From the NCBI GenBank assembly GCA_037135035.1, contig JBAXLB010000001.1, positions 23,102-87,101 on the forward strand: a DNA stretch of 64,000 bases, in the 5' to 3' direction. Numbering within the stretch: the stretch's first letter is position 1; every line of letters begins with the position of its first letter. The DNA is from Candidatus Adlerbacteria bacterium. GTDB taxonomy: Bacteria; Patescibacteriota; Minisyncoccia; Phycocordibacterales; SBAW01. Positions 30,935 to 39,975 of the stretch are shown here, piece after piece. The notes under the pieces are model-generated. The model was not told where the DNA came from, made no database searches, and saw only the letters and a list, made by a program, of their open reading frames with translations. The translations under genes were made by a program, and so were the position numbers.

Positions 30935-31495
30935 GTGCATATGGAACATGTATCTCATCACGACGAGCTTACCGCGAAAGACCCGGTCGTTGTTGTCACA
31001 ACAGGCCCTGTGTTTACTGTAGACCGCACGAAGCTCCCGACTGTAACGGACCTTCTCGGTGATGAATGGACGGTATGGAAGGGGCCGAAAGAAGGTGAAG
31101 GCCTTGAAGGAGAAGAAGACCAAGACGCTCGCGCAACTGCAGTGAACGCTTTTGATTTTAGCCGCATGAAATTTGTCCACGGTTTTAAAGATGGCGAAGA
31201 CTCTATCGATGGCGAGCAGAAACTAGAACGCTTAAAAGTGCTCCCCGACGTGCGTCCTGACTTTGCATTTGGAATAGGATTGTTTTTAGAGCAGGGGCAG
31301 ACAACACTGCGCTGGCTCTACGACAACCACGGCATCACCTGGTTTGAAATCCCGGGTACGGTGATGTGTCACGACGGCGGGTACCGATACTTTTTAATAC
31401 TGAGCAGGGAAGGCAGCGGTGCGTGGCATTGGGACTATCGCTGGCTTAAACACGAACGCCGTCGCGGCTGGTTGGCACCTATGTTTTCTCTATAG
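30935..31495 (+). CDS. Hypothetical protein
   Basis: 186-aa ORF filling the gap; Trp-rich C-terminus; no recognised motif. Confidence 0.6.
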   Translation: MHMEHVSHHDELTAKDPVVVVTTGPVFTVDRTKLPTVTDLLGDEWTVWKGPKEGEGLEGEEDQDARATAVNAFDFSRMKFVHGFKDGEDSIDGEQKLERLKVLPDVRPDFAFGIGLFLEQGQTTLRWLYDNHGITWFEIPGTVMCHDGGYRYFLILSREGSGAWHWDYRWLKHERRRGWLAPMFSL

Positions 31496-31945
31496 GGAGA
31501 TAGGGAGCAGGTCGCCGACAGTAATGCGACTTGCTTCCAGGCGTTGTTGGTCGGACGAATTGCGCATAATTATATAGATAGGTTCACCTACGCGTAAGTC
31601 TTTTTGGTCGATGTCTTCTACGGAGGCACGTTCAGTCACTCCCGACACTTTTGTGCCGCGTGTGCGTTGTATGACAGTTGCAGAAGTAACCCATGCTTGT
31701 AGTTGTTCGGTCTGCCCCTCTCCATCTGTATATGAGATACGCACCCACCGTTCGTCAGAGTTATTTTTTACCAGTGTTGCGATTCTCTGCACATCAGGAA
31801 TTTTGAGAAGGAGGTTCGTTTGCGCTTTTTTTACGGACACGTTTTGTGCTTGTTGAAATTGCAGCATATTTACCACACAGCTTGCTGCAAGCAAGAATGT
31901 GCAGATAAACAGAAGAGGTATGGCTAGTGAGTCTTTTGTATTCAT
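31490..31945 (-). CDS. Single-TM beta-rich protein (OB-fold/DUF5666-like)
   Basis: VTSATVI...DLRVGEPIYI...LEASRITV pattern; start at ATG 31945. Confidence 0.5.
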   Translation of the reverse strand: MNTKDSLAIPLLFICTFLLAASCVVNMLQFQQAQNVSVKKAQTNLLLKIPDVQRIATLVKNNSDERWVRISYTDGEGQTEQLQAWVTSATVIQRTRGTKVSGVTERASVEDIDQKDLRVGEPIYIIMRNSSDQQRLEASRITVGDLLPISL

Positions 31946-31949
31946 GAGG

Positions 31950-32387
31950 TTAAAACGATGACTGTAATAGTATAAGTGCATATGGCACCGATGTGTCTCC
32001 GGTAATCCATATGTCCGCGCGGACTTTTTCTCCGTCAATAATACTATGTTCCTTTGGAGCTACAAGAAGTCGAGTACTACTGATAACTCCGCCCGGTGTT
32101 TTTTGAGGATCTCGTACTAGTACGCGCGTGTCAGCGTCGTACCGTATGCGGACTTTTTTTTCGGCTGAGCCACTTCCTGCTGGTATATTCAGAAGAAACG
32201 TTTGTGGCCCCACGTCAGTAATTGTTCCTTGAAGCGACAGAGGGTAGGGCAGGGTTGCACTGTGTGGAGACGCAAGGGCCCACGAACCGCCTACCTGTTT
32301 TGGTGACACTACCGGCCATATATAGATTCCTGCACACACCCCAAGTGTAATACCAAGGACTAGGGTTAGCGCGGCCAGTGCTCTCAT
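31950..32387 (-). CDS. Single-TM beta-rich protein (OB-fold/DUF5666-like), probable paralog of its neighbour
   Basis: LQGTITDV...YDADTRV...IIDGEKVRA pattern. Confidence 0.5.
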   Translation of the reverse strand: MRALAALTLVLGITLGVCAGIYIWPVVSPKQVGGSWALASPHSATLPYPLSLQGTITDVGPQTFLLNIPAGSGSAEKKVRIRYDADTRVLVRDPQKTPGGVISSTRLLVAPKEHSIIDGEKVRADIWITGDTSVPYALILLQSSF

Positions 32388-32396
32388 ATACTGTGC

Positions 32397-32404
32397 AGTA
32401 TACT
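32397..32404. promoter_or_regulatory. Palindromic bidirectional -10 element
   Basis: AGTATACT gives TATACT on both strands, 8 and 9 nt from the divergent ATGs at 32413 and 32387. Confidence 0.6.
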
Positions 32405-32412
32405 AGAACTCT

Positions 32413-33873
32413 ATGCGCACATTCCGCTTGTATGTTCCTGCTATAAGTGTGGTTGCCGTATTCCTTCTCTATATAGGTGTCGGACAGACCTATGCAGACA
32501 CGATGGCATCCATTGCGGCAAGTCTATGCGCCCTGTACCTGTGTGGTTTGTCTATACTCTATGCGGGTATCCCACACCCCAAGGAGTGGAAGCCTTCGCA
32601 GTGGCTGCTTGTCGCATTTGTGTTTGTAGTATTGTGTACTACGATTTTTTCTGGAAATTTTTTGCATGCATTCTTTGGCTTTGCACTCGACATGACGTCG
32701 GGGGGTTTTATAGTCCTTATGTGCATCCTTGCGTTATTCGTAGGTGGCTTTTCGCGCGTGGTGCGTCAAGGCCTTTTTATTGCATCAACCTGTGTGCTTG
32801 TAGGTCTTTTGGTGTATCCGTATCTACGCACCGAACAGCTTGTGCGACCGTCACTTACAACAACACTACGGGTAGAGTCGGCGGCGTATACGGACCTCGG
32901 TGGCAAAGTACTTGTGGCCGGCATAGGGCCGAGCGCGTTTACTTATGCGTGGCAAAAATATCGCCCAGGGGAAGTGCTCGCCACCCCTTTTTGGAACGAA
33001 GATTTTTCCGTCGGCAGCGGCCTGCTCCCCACGTTGCTCGTAGAATGTGGGGCTATAGCGGCGCTGTTGTTTACCCTTAGTTTTTTTTCAGCTGTTGCTG
33101 AAGAATTTTTGCAGGTCATTACACGGACATATACAATGCGTCGTCGTGTGGTTGCGCTCGCTTCAGTCGCCGTTATTTTTTTTGCTCTCGCACTGCTCGT
33201 GTATGCAGAACCTTCAGCACCGCTGTTGCTTGCGGTGGCAGTCGCGCTTGGTTCGTGTAGATACGAAGATTCTACGTGTCTTCGTGTACGTCCTTTGGTA
33301 CGAACGATACTTTTTGGAATTTTAGCGGTACTTACTGTTGGCGTTTTGTATCTCGGACTTTCAGCTGCATTTTATTTTTACGCATATGCAAACATGCAGC
33401 AGCAGGACCTTTTGCGCGCGCGCAGTGCAGGAGAATATGCATACGCACTTTCGCCCACGGGACAAACTGACCGTTTGCTCGCACAGATACTCCGTTCAAG
33501 TGGCCACGCACTGGGTAATGCGGCTGCGTCGCAGGTGCAGGTGGGGCAGCTGTTTCATCGTGCAAGCATCTATGCACGCGCAGCAACAGTAACCGAGAGC
33601 GCGAATGCACAAAGTTGGAAATTACTCGGTATCACCCTTGCTGAAGAAATGTCGCTTGCGCCAAGCGAAGACGTATTTTACGAAAGTAAGGCGGCATTCG
33701 AACGCGCGCACGCAGAGTCGCCCAATGATCCCTCGGTACTATTTTTCCAAGCGCAACTTTATATATTAGCTGGTCAAAAGCAGCAGGCCGGAGACGCACT
33801 ACAAGCAGCCCTGGCGCTGCGACCGACCTATACCGAAGCAAGCGATCTTTTGGCTGCGGTGAAGGCTAAATAA
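32413..33873 (+). CDS. Divergent O-antigen-ligase-like membrane protein with TPRs
   Basis: GIGPSAFTYAW..PFWNEDF loop; many TMs; C-terminal TPR ALALRPTYTEA; shorter than 7695-9989 and lacks its AHN motif. Confidence 0.55.
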   Translation: MRTFRLYVPAISVVAVFLLYIGVGQTYADTMASIAASLCALYLCGLSILYAGIPHPKEWKPSQWLLVAFVFVVLCTTIFSGNFLHAFFGFALDMTSGGFIVLMCILALFVGGFSRVVRQGLFIASTCVLVGLLVYPYLRTEQLVRPSLTTTLRVESAAYTDLGGKVLVAGIGPSAFTYAWQKYRPGEVLATPFWNEDFSVGSGLLPTLLVECGAIAALLFTLSFFSAVAEEFLQVITRTYTMRRRVVALASVAVIFFALALLVYAEPSAPLLLAVAVALGSCRYEDSTCLRVRPLVRTILFGILAVLTVGVLYLGLSAAFYFYAYANMQQQDLLRARSAGEYAYALSPTGQTDRLLAQILRSSGHALGNAAASQVQVGQLFHRASIYARAATVTESANAQSWKLLGITLAEEMSLAPSEDVFYESKAAFERAHAESPNDPSVLFFQAQLYILAGQKQQAGDALQAALALRPTYTEASDLLAAVKAK

Positions 33874-33883
33874 CATTCTGTAG

Positions 33884-35125
33884 TTAGCGGATGTTGGGCA
33901 AGTCTAATTCGGTCGTGGTTAATTTCCCCGCCTCTATCAGCTGTGCAATTGCTTGCTGTACGTGAGGGTCAGTGAAGGCCTGTAGTTTTTCTGGTGGGTA
34001 AAAGAGGGCTAGCTGTTTTGCTATAGAAAGATAACAAACTTTTTCAGCGTCCAGTGCGTGTATTTGGTTTGATGCACACAAGGCAAGTGCTTTTGGATAT
34101 TCTTGCTCTGGAAAACCTCCGGTAAAAAGTGCGCTCGGGAATATAGTAATACACGAAACAAATAACTCTTTTGAGACAGTTGCGCATGCAGGTATAAGAG
34201 ACAGGTAAGAGTTATGCGGCATGGCTCGCAAAATAAGTACTCGCATTGCCGGTCGAAACGCCTGGACGCGCAGTGAGGGGTCTTCTACCTGAGCAATGTG
34301 TTCTATAAGGGAAGGTACCGTAAGACTAGCTTCTCTAAAAAACCGGTCGGCAACGCCTGCGTAACACATACGCTTCCATGATTTGGCGAGCGTTGTGCAG
34401 AGTGCAAACGGGTGCAACTTGTCAAAGGAAAGGCCGTGTTGTTTTTGGGCAGCCCATTCAAGTAAGGCCGTAAATACACCCCGGTAGCATGTCTGACGTT
34501 CTATGTCTGTCAGTGTGTTGGGCAGAGTGTCGCATTGCCCGAGCGTATCTACTGCAAGTTGGCGTGCGTCCTTGGATGTGTCGTGTGCATGCGCAAGGAC
34601 AAACCCATGCCCGGCAGCGTGGTAACACTGCACGTTTATTGTTGGAAATATATTCGAGAAGCGCGTTTCAAAACTACTACATGTTGCAGTTACAAACGGC
34701 ACGTTTGGATGGTCTGCAAACAAGTGCATAAAAAAACCGTGAGGAACGCCAAAGGTGCAAACGTTTGCGGTCTCGGGGAAGTCGACTGTTTCCAGGCTTC
34801 CTCCGCTATGGAGTAGTTTGGAATACATTTGGTCTCCCATCCAATGGGCGTCGGCATGGCAATTTTCGGGAACTAATATGTTGGGGTAATGACTATATAA
34901 GTATGCGTAGTCGTGGAGCATGTCTGCCGCACCTCCTGTTGCGAGAGATGTATCGAGCAGTCCATACCAACATTCAATTTTGTCCGGCGCAGATGTATGA
35001 GAGTAGTCACATACGGCCGCATGGTATACGAAAGACTGTTGGCTAAAAAAATATATTCCAACACTAAAAATTACTGCAAGTAGTGCTACCCAGAATATGT
35101 GTTGCAGGCATTTTTTTGTGTTCAT
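33884..35125 (-). CDS. Exported Cys/His-motif protein (paralog 2)
   Basis: N-terminal TM; CHADAHWMG, CTFGVPHG, CYHAAGHG, CYRGVF. Confidence 0.7.
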   Translation of the reverse strand: MNTKKCLQHIFWVALLAVIFSVGIYFFSQQSFVYHAAVCDYSHTSAPDKIECWYGLLDTSLATGGAADMLHDYAYLYSHYPNILVPENCHADAHWMGDQMYSKLLHSGGSLETVDFPETANVCTFGVPHGFFMHLFADHPNVPFVTATCSSFETRFSNIFPTINVQCYHAAGHGFVLAHAHDTSKDARQLAVDTLGQCDTLPNTLTDIERQTCYRGVFTALLEWAAQKQHGLSFDKLHPFALCTTLAKSWKRMCYAGVADRFFREASLTVPSLIEHIAQVEDPSLRVQAFRPAMRVLILRAMPHNSYLSLIPACATVSKELFVSCITIFPSALFTGGFPEQEYPKALALCASNQIHALDAEKVCYLSIAKQLALFYPPEKLQAFTDPHVQQAIAQLIEAGKLTTTELDLPNIR

Positions 35126-36006
35126 TGGAGATTAAACAATCTTTCTACTTGGCCTTCGCAGAGATTTTTTTTGTCATCAACAGTAAAGATTTGGCCGCAA
35201 ACTTTTTTTGATTCCTCTAGAGTTTGTGCGTGTACAACTATTTCGGCTGCTCCGCGCGCGCACACTGTGCGTAGGGCGGGGATAGAGTCATATTTCTGGC
35301 AATACAGGCCGAGTTGCTTCAAATGTTCAGGGGTTCTTTCGTTCTTAAATAGTGACGAAAACCACAGACGAGGAAATTCAAATACGCATTGCGGCATGTC
35401 ATGTTCCCCAAGTGCAAGTTCGTCGCATGGTGCATACGGCGCCGCCTGCGATACAGGAAAGGGTTCCGTGCCTGGAAGCATAGTCCGGTTAAAATATTCC
35501 ATAAACAAACCAGACTCGCAGGCTCCCACCACGTCCCCATGTTTAGAAATACTTTTACACGCAGCTACACTTTGTAGCGCAGAAGTTTTGGTGTACCCAA
35601 AATATCCCACCAGACCGTGCCCTATCCCATGTTCGCACACAAGAGGGTCTGCGCTCTTCGCACATATAGTATCGAGCTTTTTTATTATAGGGAGACCATA
35701 TTCCGCAAGTGCGCGGCCGTACATTTCATGTAAACATGCATACTGTAATGTGTCATCGCACACAGTCATTCCAGAAATTCCTTGTTCTTGATACAGCGCT
35801 GTGCCAAAATAATGACCTTCAAAATGTTCGGTAGTACTCGAGAGCAACTCCCTGTACGCGGGCGCCGCTCCTGTGGAATGTATACGTTCTTCCCAATACT
35901 TCACTCTCGCGTTTTCAACTACAGTAGGTGAGTGTAGTGTATGGTAGAGAAAAAAAACTACTAGAATTCCTCCAAGGAATAAGAATATTTTTATTGCACG
36001 GGGCAT
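35122..36006 (-). CDS. Exported Cys/His-motif protein (paralog 3)
   Basis: HFEGHYFG, ACLHE, CEHGIGHG, CESGLFME; start at ATG 36006. Confidence 0.7.
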   Translation of the reverse strand: MPRAIKIFLFLGGILVVFFLYHTLHSPTVVENARVKYWEERIHSTGAAPAYRELLSSTTEHFEGHYFGTALYQEQGISGMTVCDDTLQYACLHEMYGRALAEYGLPIIKKLDTICAKSADPLVCEHGIGHGLVGYFGYTKTSALQSVAACKSISKHGDVVGACESGLFMEYFNRTMLPGTEPFPVSQAAPYAPCDELALGEHDMPQCVFEFPRLWFSSLFKNERTPEHLKQLGLYCQKYDSIPALRTVCARGAAEIVVHAQTLEESKKVCGQIFTVDDKKNLCEGQVERLFNLQ

Positions 36007-36010
36007 ACAA

Positions 36011-37483
36011 TTATAAATTTTTTGTTCTAAGTGAAGAAGTGCATACAGCTTGGTCGCCAACAGGGATAGTCTTGCATATAGCACTCAGGGCGGTGTTGCT
36101 ATACAGGGCACTCAATGTGTCTATCGTGCGCCTGTAACAATGGGTCCGTGCATCAGATATTGGAAAGAGCGAGCAGTAGGCGAGCATCTGTAGATATTCT
36201 GCTCCGGGCTTGCCTCCAGATGAGAGTGCGTTTGCTACACCATCAATAACTGCCTCCCGCTCTTTTTCTTCTGGAAATGCAATAGTTTCTTCGTACAATT
36301 GTTCCAGTGTCTTGTCTTGCAAGTTGTGTCGCACGGTGTCGTCAAACAACGCCATAAGGCCAGAATACCGTGCATTTCCGGGCAACTGATTTATAAAATA
36401 AATTGCATGTGTGTAGTCGTATCCAACATAGTGTATGTAGCCCATTGCGAGTTCGCTGTAACATGACTGCCTATATGCAGGTGTCTGGGTGCGGCAGAGT
36501 GCTGCGGGGTCGCTTGCACGATAGGAAAGATTATAATCGTTTGAACCTTCAGCGATAGAAAGGGAATTAAAAACTCCAGATGCACACCGTGCGCGCCACT
36601 GTGTGTTTGTTGTAACAGTCTCACATTCTCCAATTGCCTGCATCGCCATTGTTTTTTCATTGCCCCAAGATGCCCCGGGCAATGAGTCAAAGAGTGCATG
36701 CCCAATACCGTGAAAGCACGCAGCCGCTGCCGACGAGCCTGCTGCTCGCGAGGGTAGAACAGGGTCGGTGAGTAGCCCTATACAGTAAGAGTTTGCTTCG
36801 TGTAAATAATCTCTCCCGAGTTCTATAAGCATTTGTTCCATAAAACCGTGGTAAAAACCGTACCCACAGTAACTCGTTTCTGGGCGGGCGATATGCACAC
36901 CTGTTTTTTTATACTCACTGTAGGCGGTACTGCCGAGCACATGCATGACGTCGTGACACTGGTTTTGAAATTCGGGACTTGTTTGGTAGTACTGGCTTAC
37001 AGCGTCGAACCCTGCAGAGAGACCGCTCTGTTTCATCGTGGCTGTTATCTCAGCAGCCCAACAATACCCTCGTGTAATGTCGTGTGACGCGGAAAGACAA
37101 TTTTTTATGCTTTCGTCTTTCGCTCCTTCAACCAATATGGAGCCGCGCATTTCGGGCACTATACGGTCATGAAAGTTCCATACCCCTGCCTGCTCAAATG
37201 TATGAGACCAGATTTCAGTTGGCAGAAGGGCATGTCCCGGGTCGAAAACAAAAGAAAGGCTTTGTGAAGAATATAACTCCGAAGCAGGCCAGAAGGCTGC
37301 GCCCGCGGTGGAGATAAACTGCACGATGTCACCTTTGTGTATGAGTACTGTCTTTGGGATAAAACCTTGCTCTGTGCGAGTAATGGTCACCGTATGTGAG
37401 TGGTGAGTGAGGTAAAAAAATACTCCACATACACATAGAACTAGTGCAACAACACTGCCGACACGTGTTCCGGGGCCTCGCAT
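36011..37483 (-). CDS. Cupredoxin-like domain fused to Cys/His-motif domain (paralog 4)
   Basis: GFIPKTVLIHKGDIVQF..WPAS..WNFHD, then CHDVMHVLG, CGYGFYHG, CFHGIGH, CASGVF. Confidence 0.7.
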   Translation of the reverse strand: MRGPGTRVGSVVALVLCVCGVFFYLTHHSHTVTITRTEQGFIPKTVLIHKGDIVQFISTAGAAFWPASELYSSQSLSFVFDPGHALLPTEIWSHTFEQAGVWNFHDRIVPEMRGSILVEGAKDESIKNCLSASHDITRGYCWAAEITATMKQSGLSAGFDAVSQYYQTSPEFQNQCHDVMHVLGSTAYSEYKKTGVHIARPETSYCGYGFYHGFMEQMLIELGRDYLHEANSYCIGLLTDPVLPSRAAGSSAAAACFHGIGHALFDSLPGASWGNEKTMAMQAIGECETVTTNTQWRARCASGVFNSLSIAEGSNDYNLSYRASDPAALCRTQTPAYRQSCYSELAMGYIHYVGYDYTHAIYFINQLPGNARYSGLMALFDDTVRHNLQDKTLEQLYEETIAFPEEKEREAVIDGVANALSSGGKPGAEYLQMLAYCSLFPISDARTHCYRRTIDTLSALYSNTALSAICKTIPVGDQAVCTSSLRTKNL

Positions 37484-37529
37484 GTGGCGTTAGTATAGTA
37501 CGAAACGGCTCGTGGTATACTGCGTTTGT

Positions 37530-38105
37530 ATGAAGACGGTGGTTTCTACGTTTGCCAGTTTTGTAGCAATATTTTTTCTGTCGTTCTCCTTTGTTCATGC
37601 CGTCACACTTACCACGGCAGTGTCTATTACCGGCAGCGCAAGCGTAATAGGCGCCCTCTCCAAAGGCTCCGGTACCTTTGTTATCGACGACCCGCTTGAC
37701 CCTGCCAACAAATTGCTCTTTCACTCATTCGTCGAGTCACCTGACGTTAAAAATATCTACGACGGTATTGCAACACTCGACAGCGCGGGGGAAGCAGTGG
37801 TTGACTTACCTGATTATTTTTTAGCTCTTAACCAAGACTTCCGCTATTTGGCGACTCCAATTGCAATCTCTATGCCAAATTTGTATTTAAAAAAAGAAGT
37901 AGCTAAGCGGTGGTTTGGTCTCTTTGGCGCGGTACAGTTTAAAATATCTGGAGGAGTGCCCGGAGCTCGAGTCTCCTGGCAAGTGACTGGTATTCGCCAC
38001 GACCCATATATTTTGGCAAACCCAATTATCCCAGAAGTTGAAAAGACCGATACAACTATAGTGAAAAAAGGTGAGTATCTATTTGAAGGATATGAGAAAA
38101 AGTAA
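37530..38105 (+). CDS. Secreted mini-fibre protein 1 (signal peptide, short stub, tail-fibre-type C-terminal domain)
   Basis: Signal ending VHA; SKGSGTFVIDDPLDPANKLLFHSFVESPD...VSWQVTGIRHDP. Confidence 0.75.
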   Translation: MKTVVSTFASFVAIFFLSFSFVHAVTLTTAVSITGSASVIGALSKGSGTFVIDDPLDPANKLLFHSFVESPDVKNIYDGIATLDSAGEAVVDLPDYFLALNQDFRYLATPIAISMPNLYLKKEVAKRWFGLFGAVQFKISGGVPGARVSWQVTGIRHDPYILANPIIPEVEKTDTTIVKKGEYLFEGYEKK

Positions 38106-38652
38106 CTTCCAAGCCAGAGTATATTTGTTTGCAACGTTGTTGCTGTGTGTGCCTGTAGTTGCCCTCGGGGTGACGTTAAAAGGAAATGTAAAATTTGCTG
38201 GGAACCTTGCTATTACAGGCGCCCTTTCCAAGGGCTCCGGTACCTTCGTTATCGACGACCCAGTCGACCCCGCTAACAAACTTCTCTACCACTCGTTCGT
38301 CGAGTCACCTGATGTAAAAAATATCTACGATGGTATTGCAACGTTGGATGACAAGGGAGAGGTAATAGTACAGCTGCCAGAGTATTTCGACGCGCTCAAT
38401 AAAGATTTTAGATATCAATTTTTCCCACTCGACCATGCCGACCCAAATGTATATTTGAAAGTGGGGGCAGACAAAACAAAAAATCAGTTTACTATTGCAG
38501 GGGGCACTCCGGGAGCCCGTGTCTCCTGGCAAGTCACCGGCATCCGCCACGACCCATACATTTTGGCGCATCCTATAGTCCCGGAAGTCGAAAAGACCGA
38601 CACAACGCTTGTGAAGAAAGGCGAGTATCTATTTGAAGGATATGAAAAATAA
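38092..38652 (+). CDS. Secreted mini-fibre protein 2
   Basis: Same domain, near-identical blocks; ATG lies inside the GYEKK* end of the previous gene. Confidence 0.75.
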   Translation: MRKSNFQARVYLFATLLLCVPVVALGVTLKGNVKFAGNLAITGALSKGSGTFVIDDPVDPANKLLYHSFVESPDVKNIYDGIATLDDKGEVIVQLPEYFDALNKDFRYQFFPLDHADPNVYLKVGADKTKNQFTIAGGTPGARVSWQVTGIRHDPYILAHPIVPEVEKTDTTLVKKGEYLFEGYEK

Positions 38653-39379
38653 TATATATACCTATACGGTCTCGGTGCTCTCGCTACTTGCCTGTGTGCT
38701 TATTCCGCATACTACCCATGCGTATTCACAAGGAGACTACTATGCTGAGTCGGCATATTATTCGCAGCCGTACTACCAAGGAACGTACTATTCACAGTCA
38801 ACGTATTACTCACAAAGTACGTACTATTCACAGTCAACGTATCAGACAACCTTTACAAAAAATGCTACTGCATCGAAAACTGTTGCAGTAACAGGTTCTA
38901 TTTCCAAAGGCTCCGGCACCTTCGTCATTGACCATCCACTGGACCCTGCTAACAAACTTCTCTTCCACTCATTCGTCGAGTCACCTGATGTAAAAAATAT
39001 CTACGATGGTGTTGCTATGTTGGATGGCAAGGGAGAGGTAACAGTAAAGCTTCCGGCATACTTCGAAGTACTTAACAAAGACTATCGTTACTTAGTGCGG
39101 CCACTCGGGCAACCCATGCCTAACCTCTATATAAGCGGCGAAGTGCAAAATAACCAGTTCGGCATTAGCGGAGGCGCCCCGGGCGGGCGCGTCTCCTGGC
39201 AAGTTACCGGCATCCGCCACGACCCCTACATACTCGCCAACCCAATAGTTCCTGAAGTTGAAAAGACCGACACAACATTAGTAAAGAAAGGGGAGTATAT
39301 TTACTCCGCCGGATATACAAAAAATTCGCTTGGCACGCTTAGTTCATTTGCGGCATTTTTTGCGGGGCTGTTCCACTAG
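38642..39379 (+). CDS. Secreted mini-fibre protein 3 with Tyr/Ser/Gln repeats
   Basis: Signal ending THA; YSQGDYYAESAYYSQPYYQGT(YYSQST)x3 followed by the same domain. Confidence 0.75.
   Translation: MKNNIYTYTVSVLSLLACVLIPHTTHAYSQGDYYAESAYYSQPYYQGTYYSQSTYYSQSTYYSQSTYQTTFTKNATASKTVAVTGSISKGSGTFVIDHPLDPANKLLFHSFVESPDVKNIYDGVAMLDGKGEVTVKLPAYFEVLNKDYRYLVRPLGQPMPNLYISGEVQNNQFGISGGAPGGRVSWQVTGIRHDPYILANPIVPEVEKTDTTLVKKGEYIYSAGYTKNSLGTLSSFAAFFAGLFH
38783..38845 (+). repeat. 18-bp coding tandem repeat (TYYSQS), 3.5 units
   Basis: acgtactattcacagtca / acgtattactcacaaagt / acgtactattcacagtca / acgtatcag. Confidence 0.85.
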
Positions 39380-39412
39380 CTACGGCGTACGCTATACTAT
39401 AGACATTAGACT

Positions 39413-39601
39413 ATGATTAAGAAATTTCTTATAGGACTCGGGTTCCTTCTTCCTGTCCTGACATTTGGGTTTGTTTCGAATAAAGGCAAACAGGAACTAT
39501 TTTGCCCTGTTGTGCCTTCTCCAAACCAAGAGGCAGAAAAGCAAACACAAGGAAAATCTACAGACAAGGTCTACTACGTATGGTGCGGCGGCGTGTACTA
39601 A
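39413..39601 (+). CDS. 62-aa exported or membrane-anchored peptide ending VYYVWCGGVY
   Basis: Hydrophobic N-terminus and polar linker; TATACT upstream; first gene of an overlapping three-gene unit. Confidence 0.6.
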   Translation: MIKKFLIGLGFLLPVLTFGFVSNKGKQELFCPVVPSPNQEAEKQTQGKSTDKVYYVWCGGVY

Positions 39602-39975
39602 CAGAAGGTCTGGTGTCTGGCCAGTCATGGGAAGCGCTTGGTCGGTTGCTTGATGATGTACGCCCAAAGGGTCTCGGGCTCCTGTTGCCCCCATTATTAC
39701 AGCTACATGGCCTCGCGTATGTAGAAGCGCGCGCGAGAGGTATTGTTGTGGCGAGTACGTTTCCTTCGCAGCTTGGTGCACTTACAGGTCTTGCACGAGA
39801 AATTTCTATAGAAGCATTTGTAACAACAGAGGCTCTCGCGCGGGAAGTTGTTCCTCATCTTGAAGGTCTTGGAATTCTCTCCTCTATTAAAGGTTGGCTT
39901 ATTGTCACTACGTCTGGCGAAGTTTCTCCGTACACGCCACCCAAAGGGGTGGTCGTGTTTGACCCACTACTATGA
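39580..39975 (+). CDS. Hypothetical protein, possibly an AMP-binding N-subdomain-like fragment
   Basis: Overlaps both neighbours; LAREISIEAFVTT resembles an ANL subdomain segment; start uncertain. Confidence 0.45.
   Translation: MVRRRVLTEGLVSGQSWEALGRLLDDVRPKGLGLLLPPLLQLHGLAYVEARARGIVVASTFPSQLGALTGLAREISIEAFVTTEALAREVVPHLEGLGILSSIKGWLIVTTSGEVSPYTPPKGVVVFDPLL

Noticed and set aside
38783-38845. CRISPR-like array
   Set aside because: Contiguous 18-bp coding units with no spacers and no cas genes
18802-39379. Prophage, suggested by tail-fibre-like and excisionase-like domains
   Set aside because: No capsid, terminase, portal or integrase genes; the proteins carry signal peptides or TM anchors
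37530-39379. Diversity-generating retroelement template/variable repeats
   Set aside because: Differences between copies are mostly synonymous and not adenine-specific; no reverse transcriptase in the window
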